Source of the DNA: Vicinamibacteria bacterium
Lineage (GTDB): Bacteria; Acidobacteriota; Vicinamibacteria; Marinacidobacterales; Marinacidobacteraceae
DNA length: 64,000 nucleotides
NCBI GenBank assembly: GCA_965215615.1
Contig: OZ244068.1
Coordinates: forward strand, 1,159,596-1,223,595
Reading direction: 5' to 3'
Below the pieces are notes generated by a model, which saw nothing but the letters and a program-made list of their open reading frames with translations, did no database searches and was not told the DNA's origin. A program made the translations under genes and the position numbers. Of this stretch, positions 9,882 to 20,360 are shown piece after piece (positions within the stretch are counted from its first letter, which is position 1; each line of letters starts with the position of its first letter).

Positions 9882-11350
9882 TCGGGCTACCCGCGCCCGG
9901 AGAGCGAATCCATCTCCTCGGAATCGCCGGGACCGCGATGGCCTCTCTGGCCGGGCTTTTGTCGCGCCTCGGGTATCGAGTCAGCGGTTCCGATCAGGGT
10001 GTGTATCCGCCGATGTCCACCCTCCTCGAACAGGAGGCCATTCCGTTTTCGAGTCCGTACTCGGCCCGAAATCTCCCCGAAAATCCTGTTCTCGTGGTGG
10101 TGGGCAACGCGATCTCGCGGGGAAATCCGGAGCTCGAAGCGGCGCTCGACCGCCGCCTGACTCTGGTTTCGTTTCCGGAAGCCCTCCGGGAGATGGTTCT
10201 TCGCTCGCGCGCGCCGCTGGTGGTGGCGGGAACCCACGGGAAGACCACCACCACGTCGCTTCTTGCGACCATCCTCGTTCGCTCGGGAGCGGATGCCGGC
10301 TGTCTCATCGGTGGGATATCGGAAGATCTCGGGGGGAGTTTCCGGCTTGGGGCGGAAGGGGCTCCCTTCGTTCTCGAAGGCGACGAGTACGACTCGGCGT
10401 ACTGGGACAAGGGGCCGAAGTTCCTCCACTATCTGCCCGAAGTCGCGATCATCGGCAACGTGGAGTTCGACCACGCGGACATCTATCCTGATTTCGCGGC
10501 GGTCTGCCGGGCGTTCTCCTTTCTGGCCCGTTTGCCGCCCCGGCGGGGGCTGTTGCTGCTCGGGGCGGACTCTCCGTCAGCCCTCGCACTCCGGGAAGAC
10601 GCTCACACCAGTGTACAGACGTTCGGTCTCTCGGAGGCCGCCGACTGGAAAGGCCGGATCCTCGGTTCCGGCTCCTCGGGTTCCCGCCTCGCGGTCACCT
10701 TTCGCGACGAGGAGAAGCCCCCCCTCACGGGCGCCTTCTGGGGCGAAGCCGGAGCGCGCAACGTGCTGGCCGCAGTCGCCGCCGCCGCATGGGTGGGCAC
10801 CCGGTGGGACCGGATACGGGAATCGGTGGCCGGATTCGAGGGGGTTCGTCGCCGGCTGGAGCCGGTGGGAGAGGCTCACGGCTTCCGCGTGGTGCGCGAT
10901 TTCGCCCATCACCCTACCGCGGTGCGGGCCGCCATCGAGAGTGCCGCCGCCCGCTGGCCCGACTCGGAAATCGTCGCGGTGTTCGAGCCTCGCTCCTTCA
11001 CCGCGAGGAGCAGCGTCTTCCAGAACGACTTCGCCGCCGCTTTCGCCGGGGCGCGTCGGGTTCTGCTCGCCGGGACCCTGGATCCGTCCCGCGGTCATTC
11101 TCCGGACCGGGGCCTCGACCTCTGCCGTCTGGCCGGGGACATTGCCCGGAGCGGTGTTTCGGCTGAAGTGCTCCCGGACCGGGATCGCCTGGTGAGCCGG
11201 ATTCTCGAGACCGCGGAGGGATCCGGCCCCGGAGTACTCCTTTTCCTCTCGAACGGCTGGTTCGGAGGGGTTCCGGAGGAGGTGGTGGAGCGGCCCCGCT
11301 CCGTTCAACGACGGAGTCCGGAGCTTCCGGGGCCGCCCCGGATCACATAG
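9878..11350 (+). CDS. mpl: UDP-N-acetylmuramate:L-alanyl-gamma-D-glutamyl-meso-DAP ligase (murein peptide ligase Mpl).
   Basis: ...HLLGIAGTAMASLAGLL...VAGTHGKTTTTSLLA...EGDEYDSAYWDK... is the Mur ligase family with Mpl-type N-terminus. Probable TTG start at 9878. The long ORF upstream of 9878 (from 8771) is spurious. Confidence 0.75.
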   Translation: MIGLPAPGERIHLLGIAGTAMASLAGLLSRLGYRVSGSDQGVYPPMSTLLEQEAIPFSSPYSARNLPENPVLVVVGNAISRGNPELEAALDRRLTLVSFPEALREMVLRSRAPLVVAGTHGKTTTTSLLATILVRSGADAGCLIGGISEDLGGSFRLGAEGAPFVLEGDEYDSAYWDKGPKFLHYLPEVAIIGNVEFDHADIYPDFAAVCRAFSFLARLPPRRGLLLLGADSPSALALREDAHTSVQTFGLSEAADWKGRILGSGSSGSRLAVTFRDEEKPPLTGAFWGEAGARNVLAAVAAAAWVGTRWDRIRESVAGFEGVRRRLEPVGEAHGFRVVRDFAHHPTAVRAAIESAAARWPDSEIVAVFEPRSFTARSSVFQNDFAAAFAGARRVLLAGTLDPSRGHSPDRGLDLCRLAGDIARSGVSAEVLPDRDRLVSRILETAEGSGPGVLLFLSNGWFGGVPEEVVERPRSVQRRSPELPGPPRIT

Positions 11351-12960
11351 GGAGTCAGTGATTCGCGATCGATGTCGGCTCTTCGGGTGATCCGCGGGGT
11401 GAGGGTCAGGATGATGTCGGAGTCCATCGACTCCTCGGTGTTGGCACCGAACAGGCGGCCGACCACCGGGATATCGGCGATCCCGGGGAGGCCCCTGAGC
11501 GCCCTTCGCTCTTCCTGTCGGATCAGGCCGGCGATCATGCTGGTTTCTCCGTTGCGGAGACGTAGTGTGGTCTCGACGGCACGGTTTCCGAAAGTGGGAA
11601 GCCCCGAGTAGCCGGTCCCCGAAACGTTGTCGAGGCGGACGCTGACTTCGAGCGTCACGCTGTCATCGTGGTGGATTCGGGGCAGGATCGCGATGCTGAC
11701 ACCCACGTTTTCGTATTCGAAAGTGGTGGTGGGCTGCTGAGCAAGTCCGCCGGTGGCGATCGGAGCGAAGGTGGTCACCGGGACCGGAACCCGCTCGCCG
11801 AAATCCGCGGTGGCCGGCCTGCCGTCCGAGGCACGGAGCTGCGGGTTGGCGAGGACGTGGGTGTCGGTGTCGGTGCGTACCAGATCGAGGATCGCTCCCG
11901 GCAGCCCGGCGATCCGCAGGTTGGACCGGGTGTACGGGTTTTCGAGGATGGTGTCGAGCCGGGGAGTGAGCGCGGCGGCGATGCCTTCGGATTCCGGCGA
12001 GACGAGCGGCAGTCCGAAACGTTCCAGTTGGCTCCGGTTCACTTCCATCAGCTCGACATCCACCACCACCTCGGCCGGACTCCGGTCGAGCGCCTGGATC
12101 ATCCGCGCCGCCGACCGCACCCGCTCCCAGGTGTCCACCATGGTGATCGAGTTGGTCCCGGCGTGCTGGGCGATGTTCCGTAACTGGAGCGTCACCCGCA
12201 GCGCATCCATCGTTTCGGCGAGATCGGCCGAAGAGAGGTAGAAGGTCTGGGCGACTTCCTGCTCGTACTGGACCCGCTTGCCTGGAGTGTCGGGAACGAT
12301 GGTCACGAGTTCGGGGGACTCCACCCGAAAGAAATGACCGGTGGTGGAAGTGATCCCGGTGAGCGCGTTCTCGAAGGTGATGTCTTCGGATTCGATGGAG
12401 AGGGTCTGGTCGGCGAAGTCCTCGTCGAAAACCACGTTCACGCCGGCGAGTTCGCCGAGAGTGAGGAGAACTTCCCGCAGGCTTGCGTTCTGGAACACGA
12501 AACTCACCGGTGCTTCGGCATCTTCGATCAGGTCGAGGCCGAAAGGAGCAGCGAGGATTTCGTCTTTCAGCGAGGCGAGCGTCTCGAGCCGCAGACCGGC
12601 TTCCGCCGCCTCGGCCGCTTCGGTGAGTTCCGGCAACCGGTCCTGGTAACGGATTTGGTCCGGAGCGAAGAGGATCGCGGCGCGGATCGCGTCCTCGGCC
12701 GCCCGGTATTCCCCGGCCGCCGCCAGCGTCTCGGCCCGGCCCGCGTGATCCTCGGCAGCGCGCCGCCGGGCCCGGTTCAGCGCGAGGTTCGCTTCTGCAT
12801 CGCCCGGGTGCTCCGCGAGTACCCGGGCATAGTGGGCGACCGCTTCGTCGTAACGGCCCATGCGTTCGGCCCGCTCCCCCGGCTGGAGGCGCGCTCCGGC
12901 CGAACAGCCGGCGAGGACGAGGATCAGGAGCCCGGCGGCCACCGGGCCGCGGGTGGTCAT
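11305..12960 (-). CDS. Secretin-family outer-membrane lipoprotein (GspD/PilQ-like) with a TPR-like N-terminal domain.
   Basis: Lipobox LLILVLAGCSAG. C-terminal secretin signature ...TTLRLRNGETSMIAGLI...GLPGIADIPVVGRLFG...DIILTLTPRI... Confidence 0.8.
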   Translation of the reverse strand: MTTRGPVAAGLLILVLAGCSAGARLQPGERAERMGRYDEAVAHYARVLAEHPGDAEANLALNRARRRAAEDHAGRAETLAAAGEYRAAEDAIRAAILFAPDQIRYQDRLPELTEAAEAAEAGLRLETLASLKDEILAAPFGLDLIEDAEAPVSFVFQNASLREVLLTLGELAGVNVVFDEDFADQTLSIESEDITFENALTGITSTTGHFFRVESPELVTIVPDTPGKRVQYEQEVAQTFYLSSADLAETMDALRVTLQLRNIAQHAGTNSITMVDTWERVRSAARMIQALDRSPAEVVVDVELMEVNRSQLERFGLPLVSPESEGIAAALTPRLDTILENPYTRSNLRIAGLPGAILDLVRTDTDTHVLANPQLRASDGRPATADFGERVPVPVTTFAPIATGGLAQQPTTTFEYENVGVSIAILPRIHHDDSVTLEVSVRLDNVSGTGYSGLPTFGNRAVETTLRLRNGETSMIAGLIRQEERRALRGLPGIADIPVVGRLFGANTEESMDSDIILTLTPRITRRADIDRESLTPYVIRGGPGSSGLRR

Positions 12961-13679
12961 CGGGCGCGATCCGCCAATTCCTGCGCGGTCACCACATCGG
13001 CACCCGGAGGGATACGGAAATCGAAGAGCGACTCGGGTGGCGGATCCCCGACCCGGAATTCGTGGAAGCGGAAAGTCGTCCGGTTTCCTTCGGGATCGAG
13101 CAGTTCGAGGACGCGGATCAGACCGGTTTCGGTCTCCACTTCGAGAACGGCGCGCTCCACCTCGCCGACTCCGGCGAGTGGTGTCAGAAGCACCCGCTCC
13201 CGGCCCTCGGGAGTGGAGTCGTCCACGACCCGTTCCGCACCGAAGTGGTCGAGGATGGCGGCTTCGCCGGTAAGGAAGGCGAGGGGGTTCGGAGTCCCCT
13301 CATCTCCCATCGGCGGCATGGCACCGACGATCACCTGTCGATCCGCCGGAACGTGGAACCAGGTATTCGTTCCGTCGCTCACGAATACCTTGGGTTCGGG
13401 TTTTTGATACTCCCAGTGCATCCGTCCGGCCCGACTCACGGTCAGCCAGCCGCTTTCCACCCGCTCCCGGCCGAAGATTCTCGGCGCGAAACGCTGTTCG
13501 AAGCCGGACTGGAAGTGGGGCAGTCCGCGGTGGTGGGCTTCGATCCGACGTACCAGTTCGTCTGCGGTCTCGCGTGCTTCGGCCGGTGGGGAGAGAAGAA
13601 GCGCGACCCACGAGATCACCACCGCGATGCGGAGCGTCCGGACGGGCCGTTCCCGAAGCGACAGCGAGGTCATGAGCAT
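12957..13679 (-). CDS. lolA: Outer-membrane lipoprotein carrier protein LolA.
   Basis: Signal peptide, then a LolA-like beta-barrel sequence (...FEQRFAPRIFGRERVESGWLTVSRAGRMHWEY...). Its stop overlaps the secretin start (ATGA). Confidence 0.65.
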   Translation of the reverse strand: MLMTSLSLRERPVRTLRIAVVISWVALLLSPPAEARETADELVRRIEAHHRGLPHFQSGFEQRFAPRIFGRERVESGWLTVSRAGRMHWEYQKPEPKVFVSDGTNTWFHVPADRQVIVGAMPPMGDEGTPNPLAFLTGEAAILDHFGAERVVDDSTPEGRERVLLTPLAGVGEVERAVLEVETETGLIRVLELLDPEGNRTTFRFHEFRVGDPPPESLFDFRIPPGADVVTAQELADRAR

Positions 13680-13698
13680 GGAATCGGATGAGTTTCGG

Positions 13699-13771
13699 TG
13701 GACGGCACGGGGATCGAACCCGTGACCTCGGCATTGCGAACGCCGCGCTCTCCCAGCTGAGCTAGCCGCCC
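13699..13771 (-). tRNA. tRNA-Ala, anticodon CGC.
   Basis: Reverse complement GGGCGGCTAGCTCAGCTGGGAGAGCGCGGCGTTCGCAATGCCGAGGTCACGGGTTCGATCCCCGTGCCGTCCA folds as a cloverleaf. It has U8, the G3:U70 Ala identity pair, anticodon loop TTCGCAA, and a T-loop GGTTCGATCC. The 3' CCA is not encoded. Confidence 0.85.
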
Positions 13772-13805
13772 CCGAACGAGGTTCACAACTTAGTTTAACA
13801 GGCTC

Positions 13806-14897
13806 TCACTTCGTGAGAGGAGCGGTGCCGCGCAACCGGAGCGCGTGATCGGCCAGCACCAGGCACGCCATCGCCTCCACGATCGGGACGGCGCGAGGCA
13901 GGACGCATGGATCGTGGCGGCCGCGTGCTTCGAGCGTGACTTCCCGTCCTTCGCGATCCACCGTCCGCTGCGGCTTGCCGATCGTCGAAGTGGGTTTGAA
14001 AGCCACCCGGAACAGGATCGGCATCCCGTTGGAAATCCCGCCCTGGATGCCGCCCGAGTGGTTCGTGAGGGTTCGTACCGCGCTGTTTTCGATTCCGAAC
14101 TCGTCGTTCATCCGGCTGCCGGTGAGGCGGGCTCCGGCGAACCCGATACCGATCTCGAATCCACGGGTAGCCGGGATGGTGAGCATCGCGCTCGCGAGGC
14201 TGCTCTCCAGCTTTTCGAAAACTGGATCCCCGAGTCCCGCCGGGACCGAGCGGCACACCGCCTCCACCACGCCTCCGACCGAGTCGCCGGCATCGCGAGC
14301 CGCTTCGATCTGTCGGAGCATCGCCCCGGCGGCTTCGGGGTCCGGGCAACGAACCGGTGTCCGCTCCACCATCTCCCGGGTCACCGAGTCGGGGTCCACG
14401 GCCGCCTCGATTTCCGAGATCTGACCCACCCAGGCGAGGCATTCGATGCCGTGGAGGACGGCGAGGAGTTGCCGGGCTACCGCGCCCGCCGCCACCTGCG
14501 CCACGGTGGCGCGCGCGGAAGCGCGCCCTCCGCCGCGCGGATCGCGGATGCCGTACCGCTTCTCCCAGGTGAAATCGGCGTGGCCCGGACGAAAGACCTC
14601 CTTCAGGTGGTCGTAGTCGCCGGAGCGCGCTTCCTGGTTGGCCACCCACATGGAGATCGGAGCTCCGGTGGTGCGCCCCTCGAACGTTCCCGACTGGATC
14701 CGGATGCGATCGGGTTCGCTGCGCGGGGTGGTGATGCTGCTCTGTCCGGGCCGCCTCCGATCGAGTTCGATCTGGATGGCCGCTTCGTCGAGCGCGAGTC
14801 CGGCCGGGCATCCATCCACCACCACGCCGAGCGCCGGCCCGTGTGATTCGCCCCAGGTCGTCACCCGGAAGGAGCGGCCGAAAGAGTTACCCGGCAC
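13806..14897 (-). CDS. aroC: Chorismate synthase AroC.
   Basis: ...[17 protein letters not shown]...DGCPAGL...RRPGQS... matches AroC. Probable GTG start (VPGNSFG) at 14897. An ATG further upstream at 14939 is possible. Confidence 0.85.
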   Translation of the reverse strand: MPGNSFGRSFRVTTWGESHGPALGVVVDGCPAGLALDEAAIQIELDRRRPGQSSITTPRSEPDRIRIQSGTFEGRTTGAPISMWVANQEARSGDYDHLKEVFRPGHADFTWEKRYGIRDPRGGGRASARATVAQVAAGAVARQLLAVLHGIECLAWVGQISEIEAAVDPDSVTREMVERTPVRCPDPEAAGAMLRQIEAARDAGDSVGGVVEAVCRSVPAGLGDPVFEKLESSLASAMLTIPATRGFEIGIGFAGARLTGSRMNDEFGIENSAVRTLTNHSGGIQGGISNGMPILFRVAFKPTSTIGKPQRTVDREGREVTLEARGRHDPCVLPRAVPIVEAMACLVLADHALRLRGTAPLTK

Positions 14898-16890
14898 GGT
14901 CGAGCCTCGTGGCGGCTTTGCGCATGACTTCGACGACATCTTCCGCCGATGTCCCGGTCCAGTGGGCGAAAGAAGCGGCCGCCTGGTGGATGAGCATGGG
15001 AAGGCCGTTCACGGCGACCGCGCCTTCGGCTTCGGCCTCCCGGAGCAGCCGGGTCCGGCGAGGGTTGTACACGAGGTCGAAAACCACGCGGTGATGACCG
15101 AGAGCTTCCCGCGGGACGGGAGACTGATCTTCGTTCGGGGCCATGCCGACCGGTGTCGCGTTGATCAGGACATCTCCCGAAGCCCCGGCCAGCTCGCGGG
15201 CTGGCAGAAAGGAAGCCCCGAAGCGCGCCGCGACCGCCTCGGCCCGGCGGGTATCCCGTGCGATCACCACCGCCCGCGCGCCGTGCTCCTGAAGCCCGTG
15301 GAGAACGGCGCGAGCCGAACCTCCGGCACCCAGCACGTGCACCCGTTTGCCGGCGAGCGGGGTCACTTCGAGCAGGGCGCGGGCCGCCCCCAGCCAGTCG
15401 GTGTTGGTCCCCACCAGCCGGTCGTCCACCCGCAGGATCGTATTCACTGCGCCGATCCGGTGCGCTGTCTCGTCGAGAGAGTCGAGCAATGGGATTACCC
15501 GCTCCTTCAGCGGGAAGGTCACGTTCAGGCCGGCGACTTCCCAAAGTCGGCAGGCGGTCAGGAATTCCTCGAGTTCTTCGGGAGGCGTCTCGAATCGCTG
15601 GTAGGAAGCCTCCGATCCGGTCTCAACGAACGCGGCCTCGTGCATGGGCGGGCTGAGGCTCGCGGTCACCGGCCAGCCGACCACTCCATACACCGGAACC
15701 GGTGCGATGAGCCTCTTTCCCCAGCGCCGGTGGCCGCCCCGGATCGCCGCCGCGTCGAGTTGGCCGGGCGCGGTTCCCGGACTCCCCGGAGGCGGGGCGA
15801 AGGTCGCGATCCAGTGTCTTGGTCCCCCGGTCACCCGGAGCCCGGTGCCGGCCGGCCCGAGAGCGATCCCGATCCGCGGAACGCCGTCCGGGGGAGTGTC
15901 CCGGAGGAAATCGAAGACCCGCCGCACGTCGGAAAACCCGCGGGCGGGGATCGCCACCTTGATCGCGTTCGCTTCTTTTGCGAGCTCATCGGCGAGTTTT
16001 TCGAGATCGGGAAGAGGGCCTTTGATGCGATGGCGTGAGGCGAGAATCCCGGCTTTGGGCGCTTCGAGGCGGATGCGGGTGCCGCTCAAGGACTCCACAT
16101 CCACGAGGCGAACCCCCGCACGCGCTGCCCGAAGGAGGAGATGCTCCCGCTCCTCGTCGCTTCCCGCAAAATGGCCGCCCTCCGCCTGGGTCCGCACGGT
16201 CACGATCAACCGGTTCCGAACGCTCGCGCCGAGTACTTCGAGCGTTTCGCCGAGGTCTTTTTCGGTCAGCCGGTCGGCGCGCAGTTCGATCAGATCCAGG
16301 GGCCCCGCCTGTTCTTCGGCTCGCCCGATTTCGCGAAGGGCCGCCACCGGGTCCGCGGCCGCAACCGAGAGCGCGATTCCGGGGCCGAAATGAGCGTGGC
16401 GGAGCGCGGCGGCCGCTTCTTCGTCGTCCGAACTCCAGACATCCGCCTCGGCAGCCGCGCGGTAGAAGGGGGTCCGCCGTCGAAGGATCTCTCCGAGCTC
16501 GGCCGCCGGGTTCTCGCCGGTGAGCGAGGGCCGGCCCGGTTTTCGTGCTACCCGCGCTTCGAGTCGGGCGAGGGGCGCACGGATCCAATAGACGGTTCCG
16601 ATCCGGTGGAGGAGCGTGCGGCTTCCGGCATGTTCAAGGACACCGCCTCCGCAGTCGAGAATGCTCAGCGGGGGAAGTGTTTCGGCGATTTGCCTCAGGA
16701 TTTCGGCCTCCCGTTCGCGGAAGGCGGCCCATCCCGAACGTTCGACGAATTCCGGAATCGGCCCGTGCGCCGCTTCGAAGCGCTCGTCCGCGCTGACCCT
16801 TTGCCATCCCACCGCAGCGGCGAGGATGCGCGAAGCCCGGCTCTTCCCCGAGCCGCGAGCACCCACCAGGACGATGTTCGGGAATTTCAT
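14887..16890 (-). CDS. Trifunctional fusion of shikimate kinase, type I 3-dehydroquinate dehydratase and shikimate dehydrogenase (AroK-AroD-AroE).
   Basis: Single ORF. N-terminus [17 protein letters not shown] (shikimate kinase P-loop). Middle ...[11 protein letters not shown]...[11 protein letters not shown]...VRLVDVE... (type I DHQase). C-terminus ...LGAVNTIL...[13 protein letters not shown]...INATPVGM... (shikimate dehydrogenase). ATGA overlap with the aroA stop. The annotated ORF extends 131 codons further upstream, probably spuriously. Confidence 0.8.
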   Translation of the reverse strand: MKFPNIVLVGARGSGKSRASRILAAAVGWQRVSADERFEAAHGPIPEFVERSGWAAFREREAEILRQIAETLPPLSILDCGGGVLEHAGSRTLLHRIGTVYWIRAPLARLEARVARKPGRPSLTGENPAAELGEILRRRTPFYRAAAEADVWSSDDEEAAAALRHAHFGPGIALSVAAADPVAALREIGRAEEQAGPLDLIELRADRLTEKDLGETLEVLGASVRNRLIVTVRTQAEGGHFAGSDEEREHLLLRAARAGVRLVDVESLSGTRIRLEAPKAGILASRHRIKGPLPDLEKLADELAKEANAIKVAIPARGFSDVRRVFDFLRDTPPDGVPRIGIALGPAGTGLRVTGGPRHWIATFAPPPGSPGTAPGQLDAAAIRGGHRRWGKRLIAPVPVYGVVGWPVTASLSPPMHEAAFVETGSEASYQRFETPPEELEEFLTACRLWEVAGLNVTFPLKERVIPLLDSLDETAHRIGAVNTILRVDDRLVGTNTDWLGAARALLEVTPLAGKRVHVLGAGGSARAVLHGLQEHGARAVVIARDTRRAEAVAARFGASFLPARELAGASGDVLINATPVGMAPNEDQSPVPREALGHHRVVFDLVYNPRRTRLLREAEAEGAVAVNGLPMLIHQAAASFAHWTGTSAEDVVEVMRKAATRLDRAG

Positions 16891-18173
16891 GAGCTGCTCA
16901 CCCGGGCACCGAGGCTGCGGAGGGTGTCCCAGAATTCGGGAAAGGACTTGTTCACGCAGTCGGGGTGGGAGATGCGGACCCCTTCGACGCGGAGTCCGGC
17001 GAGCGCGAACGCCATTGCGATCCGGTGGTCCCGTCGGGAATCCAGCGATTCTTTTGGCGCAACCGGTCCGGGGCGGATCGAAAAGCTGTCCGGCCCGGTC
17101 TCGACGCACGCCCCGAGCGTCCGCAATCCGCTTTCGAGCGCGGCGATCCGGTCGCTTTCCTTGTGCCGGAGGTGGCCGATGCCCGAGATGCGGGTTTCTC
17201 CGGTGGCGAACGCCGCGAGGACGGCGAGGGTGGGAACGGCATCGGGCATCGTCGCGAGGCTCGTCCGGATGCCGCGGAGGCACCCGGTTCCCGTGACCGA
17301 AACGGTATCTTCCCGGGTTTCGATCCGGGCTCCCATCGCTTCCAGCAGGTCGGGGAAGCGGCGCTCACCTTCGATCGCATCGGGGTCGAGGCCCGGAACG
17401 CGGATCGTTCCCCCGGTGATCGCCGCGGCACCGAAGACGGCCGATGCGGCGGTCCAGTCCGCCGGAACCGGGTGGACTCCGGCGTGGGGACGACCGCTCC
17501 CGACCCGGAAACCCGAGCCGGTCCGCGCGACCGGGATTCCGGAGCGCTCCATCAGGTTCGCGGTCAGCTCCAGGTAGCTCGCTGAAACCTGGTCTTCAGG
17601 CAGGACGAGTTCGAGGGGACCCTGCATCCGCGGACTCGCGAGCAGCAGCGCGCTTGCGAACTGGCTGCTCTCGCGGCCTTCCACGAGAACCCTTCCGCCT
17701 CGAAGTTCCGGAGACCAGACGGTCAGCGGGGCTTGTGCGCCGTGGCCTTCGATCCGCGCTCCGAGCGCTTCGAGAGCCCGGATCAGCCCCCCCATCGGGC
17801 GCTCGGGGATGCGGCCGCGGCCGGTCAGCCGCACCGGAAAGGGCAGGGTGGCGGCGAGGGCGGTGAGGAAGCGCAAGAGGGTTCCCGATTCCCCCACGTC
17901 CACCGGGACCGGCGCTCCCGGGTTTTCGGCGCTCTCCCAGGCTTTCGGGGTTCCCCCGACCCGGATCGTGCCCTGTTCCTCGCGAACGGATACTCCGAGC
18001 GCCCGGAGTGCGCCCCCGGCGGCCCGGATGTCCTCGCTCGCTGGCGCTCCCCGGATACGGCTCGCCTCCGGGGCCAGAGCGGCGAGCAGCAGCAGGCGGT
18101 TCGCGATGTACTTGCTGCCCGGAACCCGGATGGTCCGGTCCGGCGGGATCGGGGGAGGGGCGATCGAGATCAT
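16887..18173 (-). CDS. aroA: 3-phosphoshikimate 1-carboxyvinyltransferase (EPSP synthase).
   Basis: ...VPGSKYIANRLLLLAALA...LRFLTA...RPMGGLIRALEALGA... matches the EPSPS family. Confidence 0.9.
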   Translation of the reverse strand: MISIAPPPIPPDRTIRVPGSKYIANRLLLLAALAPEASRIRGAPASEDIRAAGGALRALGVSVREEQGTIRVGGTPKAWESAENPGAPVPVDVGESGTLLRFLTALAATLPFPVRLTGRGRIPERPMGGLIRALEALGARIEGHGAQAPLTVWSPELRGGRVLVEGRESSQFASALLLASPRMQGPLELVLPEDQVSASYLELTANLMERSGIPVARTGSGFRVGSGRPHAGVHPVPADWTAASAVFGAAAITGGTIRVPGLDPDAIEGERRFPDLLEAMGARIETREDTVSVTGTGCLRGIRTSLATMPDAVPTLAVLAAFATGETRISGIGHLRHKESDRIAALESGLRTLGACVETGPDSFSIRPGPVAPKESLDSRRDHRIAMAFALAGLRVEGVRISHPDCVNKSFPEFWDTLRSLGARVSSS

Positions 18174-19303
18174 CAGCCAGCGACTCCGATCCGAGCCAGC
18201 CCGTATGCGATCCCTTCGTCGTCGAACGGAAAGGAACAGCGCGCGCCCTCCCTGCGGACGCGGCCGATTCCGGTGAGCACCACGAAGCGCGTCTGCCCCG
18301 CACGGGCTTTCTTGTCGGCCCGGAAAGCGGCCAGGATCCGTTCGCGGGAGAGGGGTTTTTCGAGGCGCGCCGGGAGGCTGTGCCGAACGAGAAGTCCACG
18401 AAGCCGCTCGCCGTCCGCGTTGTCGAGGAATCCGGCGCGCTCAGCCATGTGGCTTTCCGCCGCCATGCCGAGCGCGACCGCGAACCCGTGGCGCATCCGG
18501 TAGCCGGTTGCGTTTTCGATCGCGTGACCCACGGTGTGGCCGAAGTTGAGGACTTCGCGCGGCCCGGCCTCCCGTTCGTCCTCCATCACCACCTGAGCCT
18601 TGATCGCGATGCTCCGGCGGATCAGCGGCAGAAGGTGCCGGGGATCGCTCCGAAGCTCGCGAACTCCGACGCGTTCGAGGTCCTCGAATTGTGCGCCGTC
18701 GCTGGTGGCTGCCATCTTTACGGATTCGGCGAGCCCATTCCGGAACTCCGCTTCGGGAAGCGTGCCCAGAAAATCGGTGTCCACTACCACCGCCGCCGGC
18801 TGCCGGAAGACACCGATCAGGTTCTTGCCGAGCGGGGTGTTCACTCCGGTCTTGCCTCCGACCGAAGCATCCACGGCCGCGAGCAGGGTCGTCGGGAGGG
18901 CGACGAAGGGAATCCCTCTCAGGAAGGTGGCTGCCACGAAGCCGGCGAGATCGGTCGTGATGCCTCCCCCGCACCCGATCAGGACGCTGTCGCGGCCGAA
19001 GCGTCGGGCGAGCAGCTCGTCCTCGATCCGCTCTTTCCCGGCGCGGGTCTTTTCCTGCTCGCTCGCGTGCATTTCGATGAGGACCGCATCTTCCGGAAGG
19101 CTTCTTTCGATCCGGTCGCGGTGGAGGCGAAGGACTTCCGAATCCCCGACGAGCGCCACCCGGAGCCCGGCTCCGAGCCTCGAAAGGATATCGGCAAGTC
19201 CTTCGAGTGCACCCTGGCCGATCCGTATCCGGTAGTCCTCCCCCGTTCGGGTGGAGATCGAAACGGATTCGGTTTTCGGCTGGTTCGGATCAGCGGGCGG
19301 CAA
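18173..19303 (-). CDS. aroB: 3-dehydroquinate synthase.
   Basis: ...LIGCGGGITTDLAGFVAATFLRGIPFVALPTTLLAAVDASVGGKTGVN... is the DHQS signature. Confidence 0.9.
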   Translation of the reverse strand: MPPADPNQPKTESVSISTRTGEDYRIRIGQGALEGLADILSRLGAGLRVALVGDSEVLRLHRDRIERSLPEDAVLIEMHASEQEKTRAGKERIEDELLARRFGRDSVLIGCGGGITTDLAGFVAATFLRGIPFVALPTTLLAAVDASVGGKTGVNTPLGKNLIGVFRQPAAVVVDTDFLGTLPEAEFRNGLAESVKMAATSDGAQFEDLERVGVRELRSDPRHLLPLIRRSIAIKAQVVMEDEREAGPREVLNFGHTVGHAIENATGYRMRHGFAVALGMAAESHMAERAGFLDNADGERLRGLLVRHSLPARLEKPLSRERILAAFRADKKARAGQTRFVVLTGIGRVRREGARCSFPFDDEGIAYGLARIGVAG

Positions 19304-20360
19304 CGTTTTGCGGATTCGGCAGCCGCTTGCCGACCGCCTTGGCCACCGCCCGGAGGTCGTTCATGAGCTGCTCGAACTGGCCGGGGTAGAGCGACTGGTC
19401 TCCGTCGCTCAGCGCTACCGCCGGGTTCGGATGCACTTCGACGAGGATGCCGTCGGCACCTGCGGCCACCGAAGCCATGGAGAGCGCCGGAACGAGTGTC
19501 TTGTCGCCAGCGGCGTGGCTCGGGTCCGAAATCACCGGCAGGTGGGTTTCCTGTTTCAGGAACGCGATCGCGCCCACGTCGAGCGTGTTGCGGTAGGCGG
19601 TTTCGAAGGAGCGAATGCCGCGTTCGCAGAGGATGACGTTCGGATTTCCCCGGAGGATGTACTCGGCGGCCAGCAGGAACTCGCGGACCGTGTTCGCTGC
19701 GCCCCGCTTGAGGATCACCGGATTCCGGACATGGGCCATCTCGCGCAGCAGGTCGAAGTTCTGCATGTTCCGGGCCCCGATGCGGAGTACGTCCACGAGA
19801 TCGGCGGCGATCTCGACATCCCGGACATCCATCACTTCGGTCTCCACCAGGATCCCGACCTCCTGGCCGATCCGGTTCAGGATGCGGAGCCCTTCGAGCC
19901 CGAGGCCCTGGAACGAATAGGGAGAGGTGCGGGGCTTGAACGCCGAGGCCCGCATGATTTCCAGTCCGAGCCGGGAGATCATGCGTGCCGCTTCGAGACC
20001 CTGCTCCTCGCTTTCGAGGGCGCACGGCCCGGCGATGACTACGAGGTCGCTGCCTCCGAGCTCCGAGCTTCCGAGAGGGATCAGCGTGCGGGATTTCCGG
20101 TGCGTCCGGTTCGCGAGCCGGTACGGCTTGTTGAGCCCGAAGACCTGGGCGACCCCCGGAAGCGTCCGCCAGTGGGCTTCGTTTTCCCGCGAGAGATCGC
20201 CCAGCACGTGCACCCGGGCACCGCCCGGACTGCGGTAGATGGCGCGGTCCAGCGATTTTTCCTCGATGACCCGTATCAAGTGTTCGAGTTCCGATTCCCC
20301 GGCCCAGGGGGTCAGGATCAGGACCATGGTTTCCAGTTCTTGGTCGTTCATTTCACTCAT
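19290..20360 (-). CDS. 3-deoxy-7-phosphoheptulonate (DAHP) synthase, type I-beta, with an N-terminal regulatory domain.
   Basis: C-terminal (beta/alpha)8 core ...LVVIAGPCALESEEQ...KPRTSPYSFQGLG...LKRGAANTV... matches the DAHPS_1 (KDO8PS-like) family. A roughly 70-aa N-terminal extension precedes the catalytic domain. Confidence 0.8.
   Translation of the reverse strand: MSEMNDQELETMVLILTPWAGESELEHLIRVIEEKSLDRAIYRSPGGARVHVLGDLSRENEAHWRTLPGVAQVFGLNKPYRLANRTHRKSRTLIPLGSSELGGSDLVVIAGPCALESEEQGLEAARMISRLGLEIMRASAFKPRTSPYSFQGLGLEGLRILNRIGQEVGILVETEVMDVRDVEIAADLVDVLRIGARNMQNFDLLREMAHVRNPVILKRGAANTVREFLLAAEYILRGNPNVILCERGIRSFETAYRNTLDVGAIAFLKQETHLPVISDPSHAAGDKTLVPALSMASVAAGADGILVEVHPNPAVALSDGDQSLYPGQFEQLMNDLRAVAKAVGKRLPNPQNVAAR

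Noticed and set aside
14638-16038. 466-aa plus-strand ORF, and several others from 15258 to 17866, antisense to the aro genes.
   Set aside because: Antisense to strongly supported shikimate-pathway genes. Low-complexity translations.
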